From: a bacterium
GTDB taxonomy: Bacteria; Electryoneota; Electryoneia; Electryoneales; Electryoneaceae
NCBI GenBank assembly: GCA_963669175.1
Contig: OY769902.1
Span: 5,184,001 to 5,248,000, forward strand
Length of the DNA: 64,000 nucleotides
Reading direction: 5' to 3'
Under the pieces are notes generated by a model, which was not told the DNA's origin, made no database searches, and worked only from the letters and a program-made list of their open reading frames with translations. Below, piece after piece: positions 10,248 through 20,484 of this stretch. How positions within the stretch are numbered: the stretch's first letter is position 1; the number at the start of each line of letters is the position of its first letter. A program made the position numbers and the translations under genes.

Positions 10248-11489
10248 GTGGCAACGGAGGGGCACTCGTACCACATGAAAAAAATTGCGGATAAGGTCAA
10301 AGAGTTCACCCGGGCCAGGGAAGTGCAGGCTTTGGGATTATACCCGTATTTCAGAGAAATCGAGAGTGAGCAGGGCACAACTGTCACAATGGACGGCAAG
10401 CCGGTGCTCATGATGGGCTCGAACAATTACCTCGGCCTGACCAACCATCCCGAGGTCAAGGAAGCGGCGAAAAAAGCCATCGACAATTACGGCACAGGCT
10501 GCGCCGGATCACGTTTCCTGAACGGCACTTTGTCGATTCACCGTGAATGTGAAGAAGTTCTCGCGGATTTCATGGGCGCCGAAGCCGCGCTGGTCTTCTC
10601 CACCGGGCTTATGTCCAACACCGGAAGCATTCCTCACCTGGTGCCACGTAACGGCTATCTCGTTACGGATAAAATGGACCACGCCAGTATCCTGGATGCG
10701 ACACGGCTGGCGTTCGGCAAAACGATCAAGTTCGCCCACAATGACATGGCTGATCTGGAAGCAAAACTGAGCAGGCTGGAACCCGACCGGAACAAGCTGA
10801 TCATCATTGACGGCGTTTTTTCCATGGAAGGCGATATTGCACCATTGCCGGATATGCTTGAAGTGGCGGACAAGTATGGCGCTGAGATTCTCGTGGATGA
10901 CGCTCACGCAATCGGTGTTCTGGGACCGGGCGGACGTGGCACCGCAGCTCATTTTGATGTCAGCGACCGTGTGCTGGGAACCGTCGGCACCTTCAGCAAG
11001 TCCCTGGCTTCCATCGGCGGTTTCCTCGCCAGCAGTGAAGATGTGATTCATTTCCTGAAGCATCATAGCCGTCACCTGATTTTCTCGGCCAGCCCGCCTC
11101 CGGCGTCCATGGCCTCCGTGATCAAAGCGGTGGAAATCATCAAACGTGAACCGGAACGAATCGAACGTCTCTGGCAGCTCACAGACTACCTGCGCACCAA
11201 CCTGGAAAATGCAGGCTTCAATATCGGCGTCTGCGAAACCCCGATTATCCCTGTATATGTCGGCGATGACATGAAGGTTTTCAACGCCTGCATGATGTTG
11301 CAGCAGGAGGGTGTGTTCGTGAATCCGGTGATCAGCCCGGCTGTTCCCCCGGAACACGCGCTTATCCGCTTGTCATTAATGTCAACCCTGACCGAAGAAC
11401 AACTTGATTTCGCAGTTGAAAAACTAATCAAGGTAGGCAAAGAGCTGGAGTTTATTCCCCAACCCGAACCAACGGCCACAGAGAAATGA
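10248..11489 (+). CDS. spt: alpha-oxoamine synthase, probable serine palmitoyltransferase
   Basis: GSNNYLGL, GSRFLNGT, VDDAH and the PLP lysine in GTFSKS; adjacent to a bCerS-like GNAT. Confidence 0.75.
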   Translation: MATEGHSYHMKKIADKVKEFTRAREVQALGLYPYFREIESEQGTTVTMDGKPVLMMGSNNYLGLTNHPEVKEAAKKAIDNYGTGCAGSRFLNGTLSIHRECEEVLADFMGAEAALVFSTGLMSNTGSIPHLVPRNGYLVTDKMDHASILDATRLAFGKTIKFAHNDMADLEAKLSRLEPDRNKLIIIDGVFSMEGDIAPLPDMLEVADKYGAEILVDDAHAIGVLGPGGRGTAAHFDVSDRVLGTVGTFSKSLASIGGFLASSEDVIHFLKHHSRHLIFSASPPPASMASVIKAVEIIKREPERIERLWQLTDYLRTNLENAGFNIGVCETPIIPVYVGDDMKVFNACMMLQQEGVFVNPVISPAVPPEHALIRLSLMSTLTEEQLDFAVEKLIKVGKELEFIPQPEPTATEK

Positions 11490-11522
11490 GCATGCATTTT
11501 CCGGCATAACAGCTGGATTTTT

Positions 11523-12662
11523 TTGGAGAAAAGCATGTCGAGCATCGAGGTCAAGCAGGCTGCCATTGGCAAGACCTACAAGGATTATATCGGTATCCCG
11601 TATAAAATTCAGGGGTCCAACCCAGTGTGGGTGCCGCCTTTACGCACGATGCAGCTTGAGATGCACGACCCGAAGAAGTATCCTTTCTGGGCCCAGGCAG
11701 AAGAACGCAGGTTTGTCGCCTATCAGAACGGTGAACCGGTGGGACGCATCAGCGCGATAAGAGACGACCGCCATAACCAGCTCCATCAGGAGACCACCAC
11801 TCATTTCGGTTTCTTTGAGTGTATCGACGATGTTGATGTCGCCAAGGCCATGCTGGAAAAGGTGGAAGAATGCGCGCATGAATGGCAGCATAACCTGATC
11901 CGTGGCCCGTTCAATCCCAACATCAACGAAGACATGGGCATCCAGATCGACGCGTTCGACAAAAGTCCCGTGATCATGATGCCGTACAATCCCCCTTATT
12001 ATCGTACCCTACTCGAAAAATGCGGTTATGAAAAAGCCATGGATGTGTTCTGCTATTATGTAGACCAGGAATCCATGTCCCCCAAGCTGAAACGTGGCGC
12101 GGAAAGTCTGCGCAAACGCACCAAGCTGAAATACCGTGCCTTCGACAAGAAAAACCTGATGCGTGACGCCCTGAAAATCTGGGATGTCCATTGCCAGGCG
12201 TGGGAAAAGAACTGGTGCGCGGTTCCTTTCACGGAAGATGAATTCAAGCATATTGTAAAGAACCTCAAGCAGATCGCCGATTTCGACATCATTTTCCTTG
12301 CCGAGGATGAGAACGACAAGCTGGTCGGCTTCTCGCTGGCGTTACCGAACATTCACGAAGCGTTCATCAAGATTCGTGACGGCCGCCTCTTCCCCTTCGG
12401 ACTGCCCAAACTGCTCTGGCATACCCGAAAAGGCGCTATTTCCAGTGTTCGGATTATCATTATGGGCGTACTGGAAGAATATCGCGGACGTGGGATTGAT
12501 GCTGTTTTTTACTATGACCACTTCATGGAAGGCATTAAACGCGGGTACTACTGGGGCGAGATGAGTTGGATCCTTGAGACCAACACCATGATGAACCGTG
12601 CTGCGGTGATGATGGGTGCGAAGAAGTACAAGACATACCGTATGTTCGCAAAGGCGTTGTAA
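11523..12662 (+). CDS. GNAT-fold acyltransferase, probable bacterial ceramide synthase
   Basis: WVPPL, FGFFEC, MPYNPPYY, GRLFPFG, EMSWILETN motifs; directly follows the spt-like gene. Confidence 0.7.
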   Translation: MEKSMSSIEVKQAAIGKTYKDYIGIPYKIQGSNPVWVPPLRTMQLEMHDPKKYPFWAQAEERRFVAYQNGEPVGRISAIRDDRHNQLHQETTTHFGFFECIDDVDVAKAMLEKVEECAHEWQHNLIRGPFNPNINEDMGIQIDAFDKSPVIMMPYNPPYYRTLLEKCGYEKAMDVFCYYVDQESMSPKLKRGAESLRKRTKLKYRAFDKKNLMRDALKIWDVHCQAWEKNWCAVPFTEDEFKHIVKNLKQIADFDIIFLAEDENDKLVGFSLALPNIHEAFIKIRDGRLFPFGLPKLLWHTRKGAISSVRIIIMGVLEEYRGRGIDAVFYYDHFMEGIKRGYYWGEMSWILETNTMMNRAAVMMGAKKYKTYRMFAKAL

Positions 12663-12836
12663 GTGGTTTTCGTAGTTTGAAAGTTATTGATTCGCATAGT
12701 GAAAAAAGTAATCAGTGAAAAAAGTGAAAAAAGAATTAACACGTTTGAAAGCACAATGTTATTTGATACGTTCGTTTATCCTGAAGATTTGAAGTATATG
12801 GGTGACACACTTGGCCCCGTCGGCTTGAAGCACGCT

Positions 12837-13119
12837 GAAGACACACTTGGCCCCTCCGGCTTGAAACACGCTGTAGCGAAGCGAAAGCGGCTGCCCGATT
12901 CTACATAGAGAAGAAAGCCCTTCAGTAATAGGTCGCATACTCGAACAAAGCAGGCAGCAAAAGGGGACTGTTTCCTTTTCGTCGCGCGGAGGTGAGATAC
13001 TTCGTGATATTGGTTATCGAAAAGGTGACTGTACCCTTTTGCCAGTGATCCAACTTATTGCTTTGTTCTTCATTCTGAGATTGAGTTTCTTCGCAGCGAA
13101 AAGGGTACAGCTTCCTTTT
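12837..13119. repeat. copy 1 of ~285-bp direct repeat with REP-like AAAAGG..CCTTTT palindromes
   Basis: near-identical to 15251-15538; three palindromes such as aaaagggtacagcttccttttc. Confidence 0.9.
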
Positions 13120-13404
13120 CCGCAAGGTCATCGGGAGTGTCCTGTAATGGCGCGAGGACAAGGATTCCGTCCCCCTTTCATGTCAGTCCCCACCTCCACC
13201 TAAATACCTGTTGTTTATACAACATCAACATAAAAGAGTGGCTCGATCCGCAAGTGAACATATCTCCACAGAGACGGATTCTGAAATATTCTGATAGATC
13301 AACAAGTTGTGATGAAGCAACGAGCGAATCGGGACAGAGAGGAATCAGGAAAGAAGTGTTAAAAGCACCACACCTCACGTGCGGATCGGACCACCCGCGA
13401 TTTT

Positions 13405-15153
13405 TCACTTCAACAGAAACAGCGGTTGGGATTCTGACACTCCTTGTGGGCTATGAACCTGAAGGAAGTATACCCCACTTGCAAGTGATCCGGAAGGAGT
13501 CCAGTCCCAGGTTGAATACCCCGCAGGCAACCACCTTTCCTCAGAGAGAACTTGCCGCCCCAGGCGATCATAGACATGGAAGGAATACTCCCCCTGAACA
13601 GTTAACGCGATTTGTACGAGCGTCGAACTGTTGAACGGATTTGGCCAAGCGGAAAGAATGCGAAAATCTTCAGGTAGGCTGGCAGGAATGTCCTGTGCAA
13701 CAGCCACAGTATCCCGTCCGGCGACACGACCATCCCCGGTAACCTTGTAGAACCAGAGTTCACCGGCGCCACCACGTCCCTTGAATACAGAGACAATCGC
13801 TTCATGACGCTCAGGTATTGAGACACACTTTGTTCGCCCAATACTAGGGTGTCTGAGTAGATCATACACTACAAAGATTGAATCATTACCCCAATACAAC
13901 TCTCCGTCATTGTTGATGCGATGCACACGAATGCCTTCGGCGTCAAAATCATCATTATTCCAGCCGTAAAATCCGAATATTCCCCCAGCACCATCTGAGC
14001 AGCAAACCGAAGGTGAGTAAATTGCATAAGCATTTGGTCTGTAACTTTCTCGATTGACAATAATTGCAAGGCTGTCGTAGTAGGCTGAGCTATCCGGGTA
14101 CATGCGAACCAGGTAGGCATTATAGGGGGCGCCAACAGTTGTGACAGCCAGTGTGCTGTCAGGCATACGAAGGATTTCGCTGGAGGTGCTTTCTCCCCTG
14201 ATATTAGCGATGACACCACGATCCCCCCAGGGGATGGTTCTATCGGCAAGTACATGTTGAAAACAGACAACAGCGTCTTCTGATTGAAAGCTTAGAAAGA
14301 ATCCATTGAAGCCATCCGGAATGCATGAGTATCTTCCAGTATATAAACCGGGATGAAGTGAATAGATAATTGCCGATTCATCAAACATCTGTTCCCCACC
14401 AGCACTCACCCGCTGGCACCGGGTTTGATCATGATTATCCGGGTCTTCCCAGACAACCCAAACACCACCGGCTTCATCTTCACACAAACCTACTTGTTGG
14501 CTCTCAGAGAAGTAATTCTCATATAAAACAACACTATGTGCCACCTTGGGTGTACCATCAGCGTTCAAACCTGCTACCGCCAATCCCATGTCCAGGCTAA
14601 AATCGTACAAGCGGTACACATGCCAGAACCCACCAGCCCCGTCACTGCAAATCAGGGGATTAATGTTGTAGCTTTCACGTTGATCACTGCGCTCATTGAC
14701 CACCAGCACGCCAGTTGAATCAAAGGCGAAAGAACCGTCAAGGTTTACTTTCTGGGCATACACACTGTATCCGTTGTCCGGATCAGTTGTGTCGTTGATA
14801 TAGGTTACCCATACAGCGCCACTATCCGCAGGCAGCAATCCCAGGTAAACATTACGGTTTCCGGGGCCTATGGATATGCCATACTCATCGCCGAACTGCT
14901 TGACGCCATCATTGTCTATCCGTTGCAGGAAAGTACCTGATGTGTATACAGTATGCCGATCATAAGCGATCCAGGCCCCGCCTTCACCATCAGGAAGGAT
15001 GTGGTACAGGAGGTGTACCCCGGTGGAAATCAACACACCGCCGTCTTCCTCGGACCATTGAGCGTGAAGGGGTGTGAACAGGAACAAAAACAGGCATGTC
15101 CAAGCCAGACAGCCGAAAAGAACAGAGGGATGGTTCCGCAGTAACATGGTCAT
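13405..15153 (-). CDS. secreted beta-propeller-like protein with C-terminal WPNPFN sorting domain
   Basis: signal peptide, repeated DG.GG.(W/F) blade motifs, WPNPFN...ASGVYF tail. Confidence 0.8.
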   Translation of the reverse strand: MTMLLRNHPSVLFGCLAWTCLFLFLFTPLHAQWSEEDGGVLISTGVHLLYHILPDGEGGAWIAYDRHTVYTSGTFLQRIDNDGVKQFGDEYGISIGPGNRNVYLGLLPADSGAVWVTYINDTTDPDNGYSVYAQKVNLDGSFAFDSTGVLVVNERSDQRESYNINPLICSDGAGGFWHVYRLYDFSLDMGLAVAGLNADGTPKVAHSVVLYENYFSESQQVGLCEDEAGGVWVVWEDPDNHDQTRCQRVSAGGEQMFDESAIIYSLHPGLYTGRYSCIPDGFNGFFLSFQSEDAVVCFQHVLADRTIPWGDRGVIANIRGESTSSEILRMPDSTLAVTTVGAPYNAYLVRMYPDSSAYYDSLAIIVNRESYRPNAYAIYSPSVCCSDGAGGIFGFYGWNNDDFDAEGIRVHRINNDGELYWGNDSIFVVYDLLRHPSIGRTKCVSIPERHEAIVSVFKGRGGAGELWFYKVTGDGRVAGRDTVAVAQDIPASLPEDFRILSAWPNPFNSSTLVQIALTVQGEYSFHVYDRLGRQVLSEERWLPAGYSTWDWTPSGSLASGVYFLQVHSPQGVSESQPLFLLK

Positions 15154-15250
15154 CTCACGTATTGTTATTTCATAGTAATAAACTGCTGAGCCGATCCGTG
15201 TTCAATCAAGGGGTGAGGAGACATTTTAGCCCGCCGATTTGATGTACAAA

Positions 15251-15538
15251 GAAGACACACTTGGCTCCTCAGGCTTGACGCACGATGAAACGGAAGCGGC
15301 TGCCCGGCGGGGGGTTATTCTACACAGAGGCGAGAGTCCTTCAGTAGTAGATTGCATACTCGAACAAAGCAGACAGCAAAAGGGGATTGTTTCCTTTTCG
15401 TCGCGTGGAGGTGAGATACTTCGTGATATTGGTTATCGAAAAGGTGACTGTACCCTTTTGCCAGTGATCCAACTTATTGCTTTGTTCTTCATTCTGAGAT
15501 TGAGTTTCCTCGCAGCGAAAAGGGTACAGCTTCCTTTT
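15251..15538. repeat. copy 2 of ~285-bp direct repeat
   Basis: near-identical to 12837-13119. Confidence 0.9.
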
Positions 15539-15716
15539 TTGAATCATAGTGAAAAAAGTAGTCAGTGAAAAAAGTGAAAAATGAAAAGAAAAGTCAGTAA
15601 ACTCAAAGTTGTCTTTTCACTCTTTTTCTATCCTGATCACCCTTCTTCGTTGTGTGTATCCTGTTAATTAATCAAATGTTTACAATTTTCTTTTCCATTC
15701 TGTAAATACAACCGAA

Positions 15717-16108
15717 CCTCATCCTTGATATCCTTCCATCCTATTATCCTGTGAGTCAAGGCAGTAACACCGAAAAGATCCCGACGCACTCGAAGAACGA
15801 CCGGTGAAAGCAGCGTTTGTGGGAGTATTCCAACCACATCAGGCAAGGAGAATTCATCACTTGTGCATCGGGCCACCCGTCTTGAAGTTAGAAAGTTGGA
15901 AATTTCCCAGGTTATCTGATTTGTCAGCGACCCGACAGCAAGCAGTCGGGCCAAGCAGTCCTCATCCTCCTTTCCAGGAAAGACACATCTTTTTCATTCA
16001 ATATCAATCTTTTATCCTTGGCACCCTTACCATCCTTTGCATCCTGTACATTCAACAACCCCTCATCCTTGATATCCTTCCATCCTATTATCCTGTGAGT
16101 CAAGGCAG
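15717..16108. repeat. 48-bp direct repeat pair (15717-15764 and 16061-16108) with short ATCCT-periodic repeats
   Basis: cctcatccttgatatccttccatcctattatcctgtgagtcaaggcag occurs twice. Confidence 0.85.
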
Positions 16109-16212
16109 ATTTACTCCATGACATTTTCCTCGCCGTGCGCTTTTGTCATTTGGGATATCGCTCCGTACATTACCTCATCACGTGAGTTTTTTCACAAGAA
16201 TCGAGGACAACC

Positions 16213-17577
16213 ATGGCTGATAAAACGATCCTGCTGACCGGGGCGAACGGCTTCCTGGGCTCTCATATCACAGACTGCCTGCTTCGTAATGGGTATAACG
16301 TACGCGCCATGGTCCGTCCTACCTCCAACCTGCAATGGCTGGACAACAAACCGGTCGAACTGGCTTACGGCGCTTTGGATGAACCTGATACGCTACGTAG
16401 CGCTGTCGAAGGTGTTGATGCCGTCATCCACAACGCAGGGGTAACATCAGTTGAAAACCAATATTTCTATTATCATTACAATGCAGACGCCACACGCAAC
16501 CTGCTGGACATTCTGCTGGAAGTGAATCCCAAGATCTCGCGTTTCGTTTATGTTTCCAGCCAGGCAGCCGGCGGTCCGACCATCGCGCCAGGCCCGAAGA
16601 AAGAATCCGACTCCACCAACCCGGTGAGTCCGTATGGTCACAGCAAGCTGCTGGCTGAAAAGCATGTGCTGTCAGTAAAAGATAAACTTCCAGTAACCAT
16701 TATCCGCCCCCCGTCCATCTATGGTCCACGCGACACTGCGTTCCTACCCATGTTCAAAATGGTCGCTCGTGGATGGATGCCAAAGATTGGCAACGTGGAA
16801 GAGCTGACCATCACGCATGCTATGGATGTGGCCCGTCAGATTCGTGTCCAGTTGGAAAACCCGGCCGCCATTGGGGAGATTTTCAATGCCGCACCGTTTG
16901 AAGCGACCAACATGGATGAATTCGGCGGCACTATCGGGAAGGTGCTCAGCGTAACACCGAAGGTGCTCACAGTTCCCGCGGCAGCCATCAAGTATGGTCT
17001 ACCCGCGGCGCACGGTGTAGCACGTATGTTTGGCAAAGGTGCGTTCTTTAATCCGAACAAGCGGGACGAGCTGCTGCAAAAACGCTGGCATATCAGCGGC
17101 GAGAAAGCGCGTGACCTGCTCGGCTTCGAGGGGCACTTCCCCCTCCTGGCAGGTGTTGGACAGACGGTGGAATGGTATCGTTGGAAGCAGTGGATGCAAT
17201 CGCCACGCGACCGTATCAAGGAACGTGAGGGTTCATCGGTCAAGAAACGCTTCATGCATGACCGCGACAGGGATTACGATAAAACCTGCGACCTGTGCGC
17301 GTTAACATTCGATGGCGAAGTTAAAACTCACAAGCATTATGAAGATAATGACTTTATCATCGTCGACTGCATGATCTGCCGTGTGCCAATGGCTGTCTTG
17401 AAAGAACACCGTGCCTCATTTACGGAAGAAGAGAAGCAGAAACTGTTGAAAATATTTGAAGAGCTGTTTGGTGGCGCGCAGCATCCGGATTTCGAGCAGC
17501 GACGTATCCCTGAACATGCTCACGTCCATTACCGTAACACGCCTCACGCACCACCCTGGCAACGACGCCCGGAATAA
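16213..17577 (+). CDS. NAD-dependent epimerase/dehydratase (extended SDR) fused to a C-terminal HIT-like domain
   Basis: TGANGFLG, YGHSK catalytic motif; C-terminal CDLC..CMIC..HAHVH. Confidence 0.8.
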   Translation: MADKTILLTGANGFLGSHITDCLLRNGYNVRAMVRPTSNLQWLDNKPVELAYGALDEPDTLRSAVEGVDAVIHNAGVTSVENQYFYYHYNADATRNLLDILLEVNPKISRFVYVSSQAAGGPTIAPGPKKESDSTNPVSPYGHSKLLAEKHVLSVKDKLPVTIIRPPSIYGPRDTAFLPMFKMVARGWMPKIGNVEELTITHAMDVARQIRVQLENPAAIGEIFNAAPFEATNMDEFGGTIGKVLSVTPKVLTVPAAAIKYGLPAAHGVARMFGKGAFFNPNKRDELLQKRWHISGEKARDLLGFEGHFPLLAGVGQTVEWYRWKQWMQSPRDRIKEREGSSVKKRFMHDRDRDYDKTCDLCALTFDGEVKTHKHYEDNDFIIVDCMICRVPMAVLKEHRASFTEEEKQKLLKIFEELFGGAQHPDFEQRRIPEHAHVHYRNTPHAPPWQRRPE

Positions 17578-17727
17578 CATGAAGCTCAAGCCGGTGAAGT
17601 AACGCAAAAGTGATCTGTTCTTTGATTGAACAAAGATGTCTCAATTTCCAGTAGCGTATTTTGATACATCGTCTTGTGAAACTGTTCAAATAGAACAGTT
17701 ACGCATCTTTACAGGGGGATTGATATC

Positions 17728-18966
17728 GTGTACAAAATCCTGTGGATTGTGCTTGGCTGTATTCTTTTTACGGGGATTGCTGCTGCCGAGATCCAGCTTC
17801 ACGAAAAGGTGTCCATTGATCTCGAAATCCGGTACCGGACGGAGGTCTTCAATCGAACCTTTGATCTGAACCAGGGCGCAATCGAGTATTCGCTGTTGCG
17901 TACTCGTTTGGGCATGACTTTCACTCCGGCAGAGAAAGTTACGATGCGGGTGAAAATCGGTGATTCACGTGACCTCGGAACTTCTTACCCTAACAAACCG
18001 CAATCCCATAAGAACGATTTCAATCTGCATGAGGGGTATATGCGGATTGATGATTTCCTGTTTTCGAATCTTTCCCTTCAACTCGGACGTTTCCAGATGC
18101 TGTATGGCCGGATGCGTTTTATGGGGCATGGAAACTGGAGTAATTACGGCTGGCGTGCCTATGACGGCGCTCGGTTCACGTATACGCTGCAATCCGGTTC
18201 AGTGGACATGTTCTATGTCAAGCTGGAAGATCGCGCCTTTGCCGACTATCCTTCGGTCGGCGATCCGGTGAATCCGAGCGAACATGCCCTGTATGGTGTT
18301 GTCGGAACCTTCATGGAGTCCAAACTTCAACCCTTCTGTATCGTTGACTGGGATCAGGCAGAATCCAATGCAGTTGATGCGACCATGATCTACACACCCG
18401 GCCTCTATTTCCATTTAACCCCGGGCAACTTTGATATCCAGGGCGACCTGATGTTCCAGGGCGGAAAGATTGACACCCTGGACCATAGCGCATACCTGGC
18501 TGCGGCGGATGTTCTATACAATGTGGGCGGCGCATGGAAAACAAAGGTTGGCATCGGTTTTGATCTGGTCTCCGGCGATGATGACGGTTCTGATGATATC
18601 GATCATGCTTTTTATGCCGACTTCTACTCCAAACATCGCTATCAGGGGTACTGCGACTTCTTCAAGGCACAATCCGCACGTGAAGCTGGCTTGATCGATA
18701 TGATCGCCCGGCTTGAAGTGCAACCTATCCCAAACTGGAAGTTCAATCTCGATCTCCACAACTTTGCCTATGAACGGGATCGGACAAATGATCTGGCAGA
18801 AATGTATAACCAACTCGGGCAGGAGGTTGATTTCCGCGTTCGTACATCAGTCCATAAGGCTGTTTCTGTCGATATGGCAATCTGTGGTTTCCAGCCAAGT
18901 GATGATTGGAAACCGGACTCTGACTTGGCTTACTTCACCTACGTGGCTCTCACGGCGACTTTTTAA
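17728..18966 (+). CDS. alginate export family-like outer-membrane beta-barrel
   Basis: signal peptide, LRTRLG, LHEGY, SGDD, GQEVD motifs, terminal Phe. Confidence 0.75.
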   Translation: MYKILWIVLGCILFTGIAAAEIQLHEKVSIDLEIRYRTEVFNRTFDLNQGAIEYSLLRTRLGMTFTPAEKVTMRVKIGDSRDLGTSYPNKPQSHKNDFNLHEGYMRIDDFLFSNLSLQLGRFQMLYGRMRFMGHGNWSNYGWRAYDGARFTYTLQSGSVDMFYVKLEDRAFADYPSVGDPVNPSEHALYGVVGTFMESKLQPFCIVDWDQAESNAVDATMIYTPGLYFHLTPGNFDIQGDLMFQGGKIDTLDHSAYLAAADVLYNVGGAWKTKVGIGFDLVSGDDDGSDDIDHAFYADFYSKHRYQGYCDFFKAQSAREAGLIDMIARLEVQPIPNWKFNLDLHNFAYERDRTNDLAEMYNQLGQEVDFRVRTSVHKAVSVDMAICGFQPSDDWKPDSDLAYFTYVALTATF

Positions 18967-19092
18967 CCGTTTGATATTGTAAGCTTAAACAGATTTTTAG
19001 TGGGGATGATTCGTCTCTCGGTCAATCATCCCCTTATTTGTTCTCCAGCTCGATGACTTATTTTTAAAGAAGATAGTAGTGGTATTCACAGA

Positions 19093-20079
19093 TTGGTACG
19101 CGACAACATGCATGAACCCCCACAAATCCTGGTTGTGGAAGACGAACCCACCATTCGTGAGATTTTATCTTTCCAACTTGAACACCTGGGTTATGAAGTC
19201 CGGTCGGCGGAAGATGGCAAACAGGCGGTAGAGTTGCTTGAAAAAGAACTTCCGGACCTGGTCATCACAGATGTTGATATGCCCAGGATGGACGGATTCA
19301 AGCTCTGCAAGTATATCAAGCAGAATCCGGCCACACGTTTGATTCCCACTGTCATCGTTACCGCGTTGGATGGTCCGGAAGACTATATTACCGGCGTTGG
19401 ACTCGGCGCGGACGACTTTATCACAAAACCATTTCACGATTTCAAATTTCAAGCACGGGTACGATCCTTGATACGATTAAAAGAGTTTACTGATGAACTG
19501 GAAAGCGCGGAAGAAATCATCTTTTCACTGGCGTTGACAGTTGAAGCGAAAGACCCTTACACACGTGGTCATTCGTATCGAATCGCCAAACTCGCTGTTG
19601 AAGTTGGCGAACGGTTGGGACTGAACAACGATGAGCTTCTCACACTCAGACGTGGAGGTATCCTTCACGACATTGGCAAGATCGGCATGCCGGACGCCAT
19701 CCTGTTCAAAGATGGCAGGTTGACACCAGATGAAATCGCGAAAGTTCGTGAACACCCAATAAAAGGCGAAGAGATTTGCAAACCTCTGAAATCGCTGGAA
19801 GCCGCGTTACCATTGATTCGTCATCATCATGAACGTATGGATGGAAATGGCTATCCGGATGGTTTGGAAGGTAACGACATTCCCCTGGGCGCGCGAATTA
19901 TCTGCGCTGTGGATATGTTTGATGCCCTGAATACAAAACGCACCTATAAAGAAGCGCTACCCAAAGAGAAAACATGTCGTATCCTGAAAGACGCCGCTGT
20001 TGACGGTCAGCTTGACCCGGACATGGTCAAATATATGATCGAAGCCGTCAACGAACTGAACCTGTGGCATAAAGGATAA
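19093..20079 (+). CDS. response regulator with HD-GYP c-di-GMP phosphodiesterase domain (RpfG family)
   Basis: receiver motifs VVEDE and DVDMP; LHDIGK; HHERMDGNGYP. Confidence 0.93.
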   Translation: MVRDNMHEPPQILVVEDEPTIREILSFQLEHLGYEVRSAEDGKQAVELLEKELPDLVITDVDMPRMDGFKLCKYIKQNPATRLIPTVIVTALDGPEDYITGVGLGADDFITKPFHDFKFQARVRSLIRLKEFTDELESAEEIIFSLALTVEAKDPYTRGHSYRIAKLAVEVGERLGLNNDELLTLRRGGILHDIGKIGMPDAILFKDGRLTPDEIAKVREHPIKGEEICKPLKSLEAALPLIRHHHERMDGNGYPDGLEGNDIPLGARIICAVDMFDALNTKRTYKEALPKEKTCRILKDAAVDGQLDPDMVKYMIEAVNELNLWHKG

Positions 20080-20100
20080 CGTACGGTATCGGCGAGAAAC

Positions 20101-20234
20101 TCGGTGCAGTTCGATCTTCGTTAACAGTCTGGAAACCACCCCGCAGAGGTATACGATCACAGCACAGATTCGGTACAGTTTTCTTTGCACCTACAGTCTG
20201 TGAACCACCCCGCAGAGGTATACGATCACAGCAC
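20101..20234. repeat. imperfect 69-bp tandem duplication
   Basis: acagtctg..aaccaccccgcagaggtatacgatcacagcac at 20124 and 20193. Confidence 0.8.
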
Positions 20235-20484
20235 TGGGTCAGCGAAGCGCCACCCTGTGAATCAGAATTCTCCCCCGCTGCTTCACCCCGACAGGGGTAA
20301 CCAAAATTGTGGATTAACAAGCTTTATTGAATAGAATGGAGCCTCCCTGGGCAACCACTACGTGGTTGGAAAAAGGTGCCCGCTTCTCTCACCGGGGCGT
20401 GCCAAACAGACAGCACGACCCGGTGCTGTGATCGATGATCCCTGCGGGATTTTTACTGAATCCCGAAAAAAACTGCCGCTTGCA

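Noticed and set aside
12959-13120. Mini CRISPR array of three palindromes
   Set aside because: Copies differ in sequence, orientation and spacing, and the whole block is duplicated at 15.4-15.5 kb, which fits REP-like elements better.
20101-20234. Two-repeat CRISPR remnant
   Set aside because: The apparent spacer is itself partly repeated (tcggt.cagtt at the same 69-bp period), indicating a tandem duplication.
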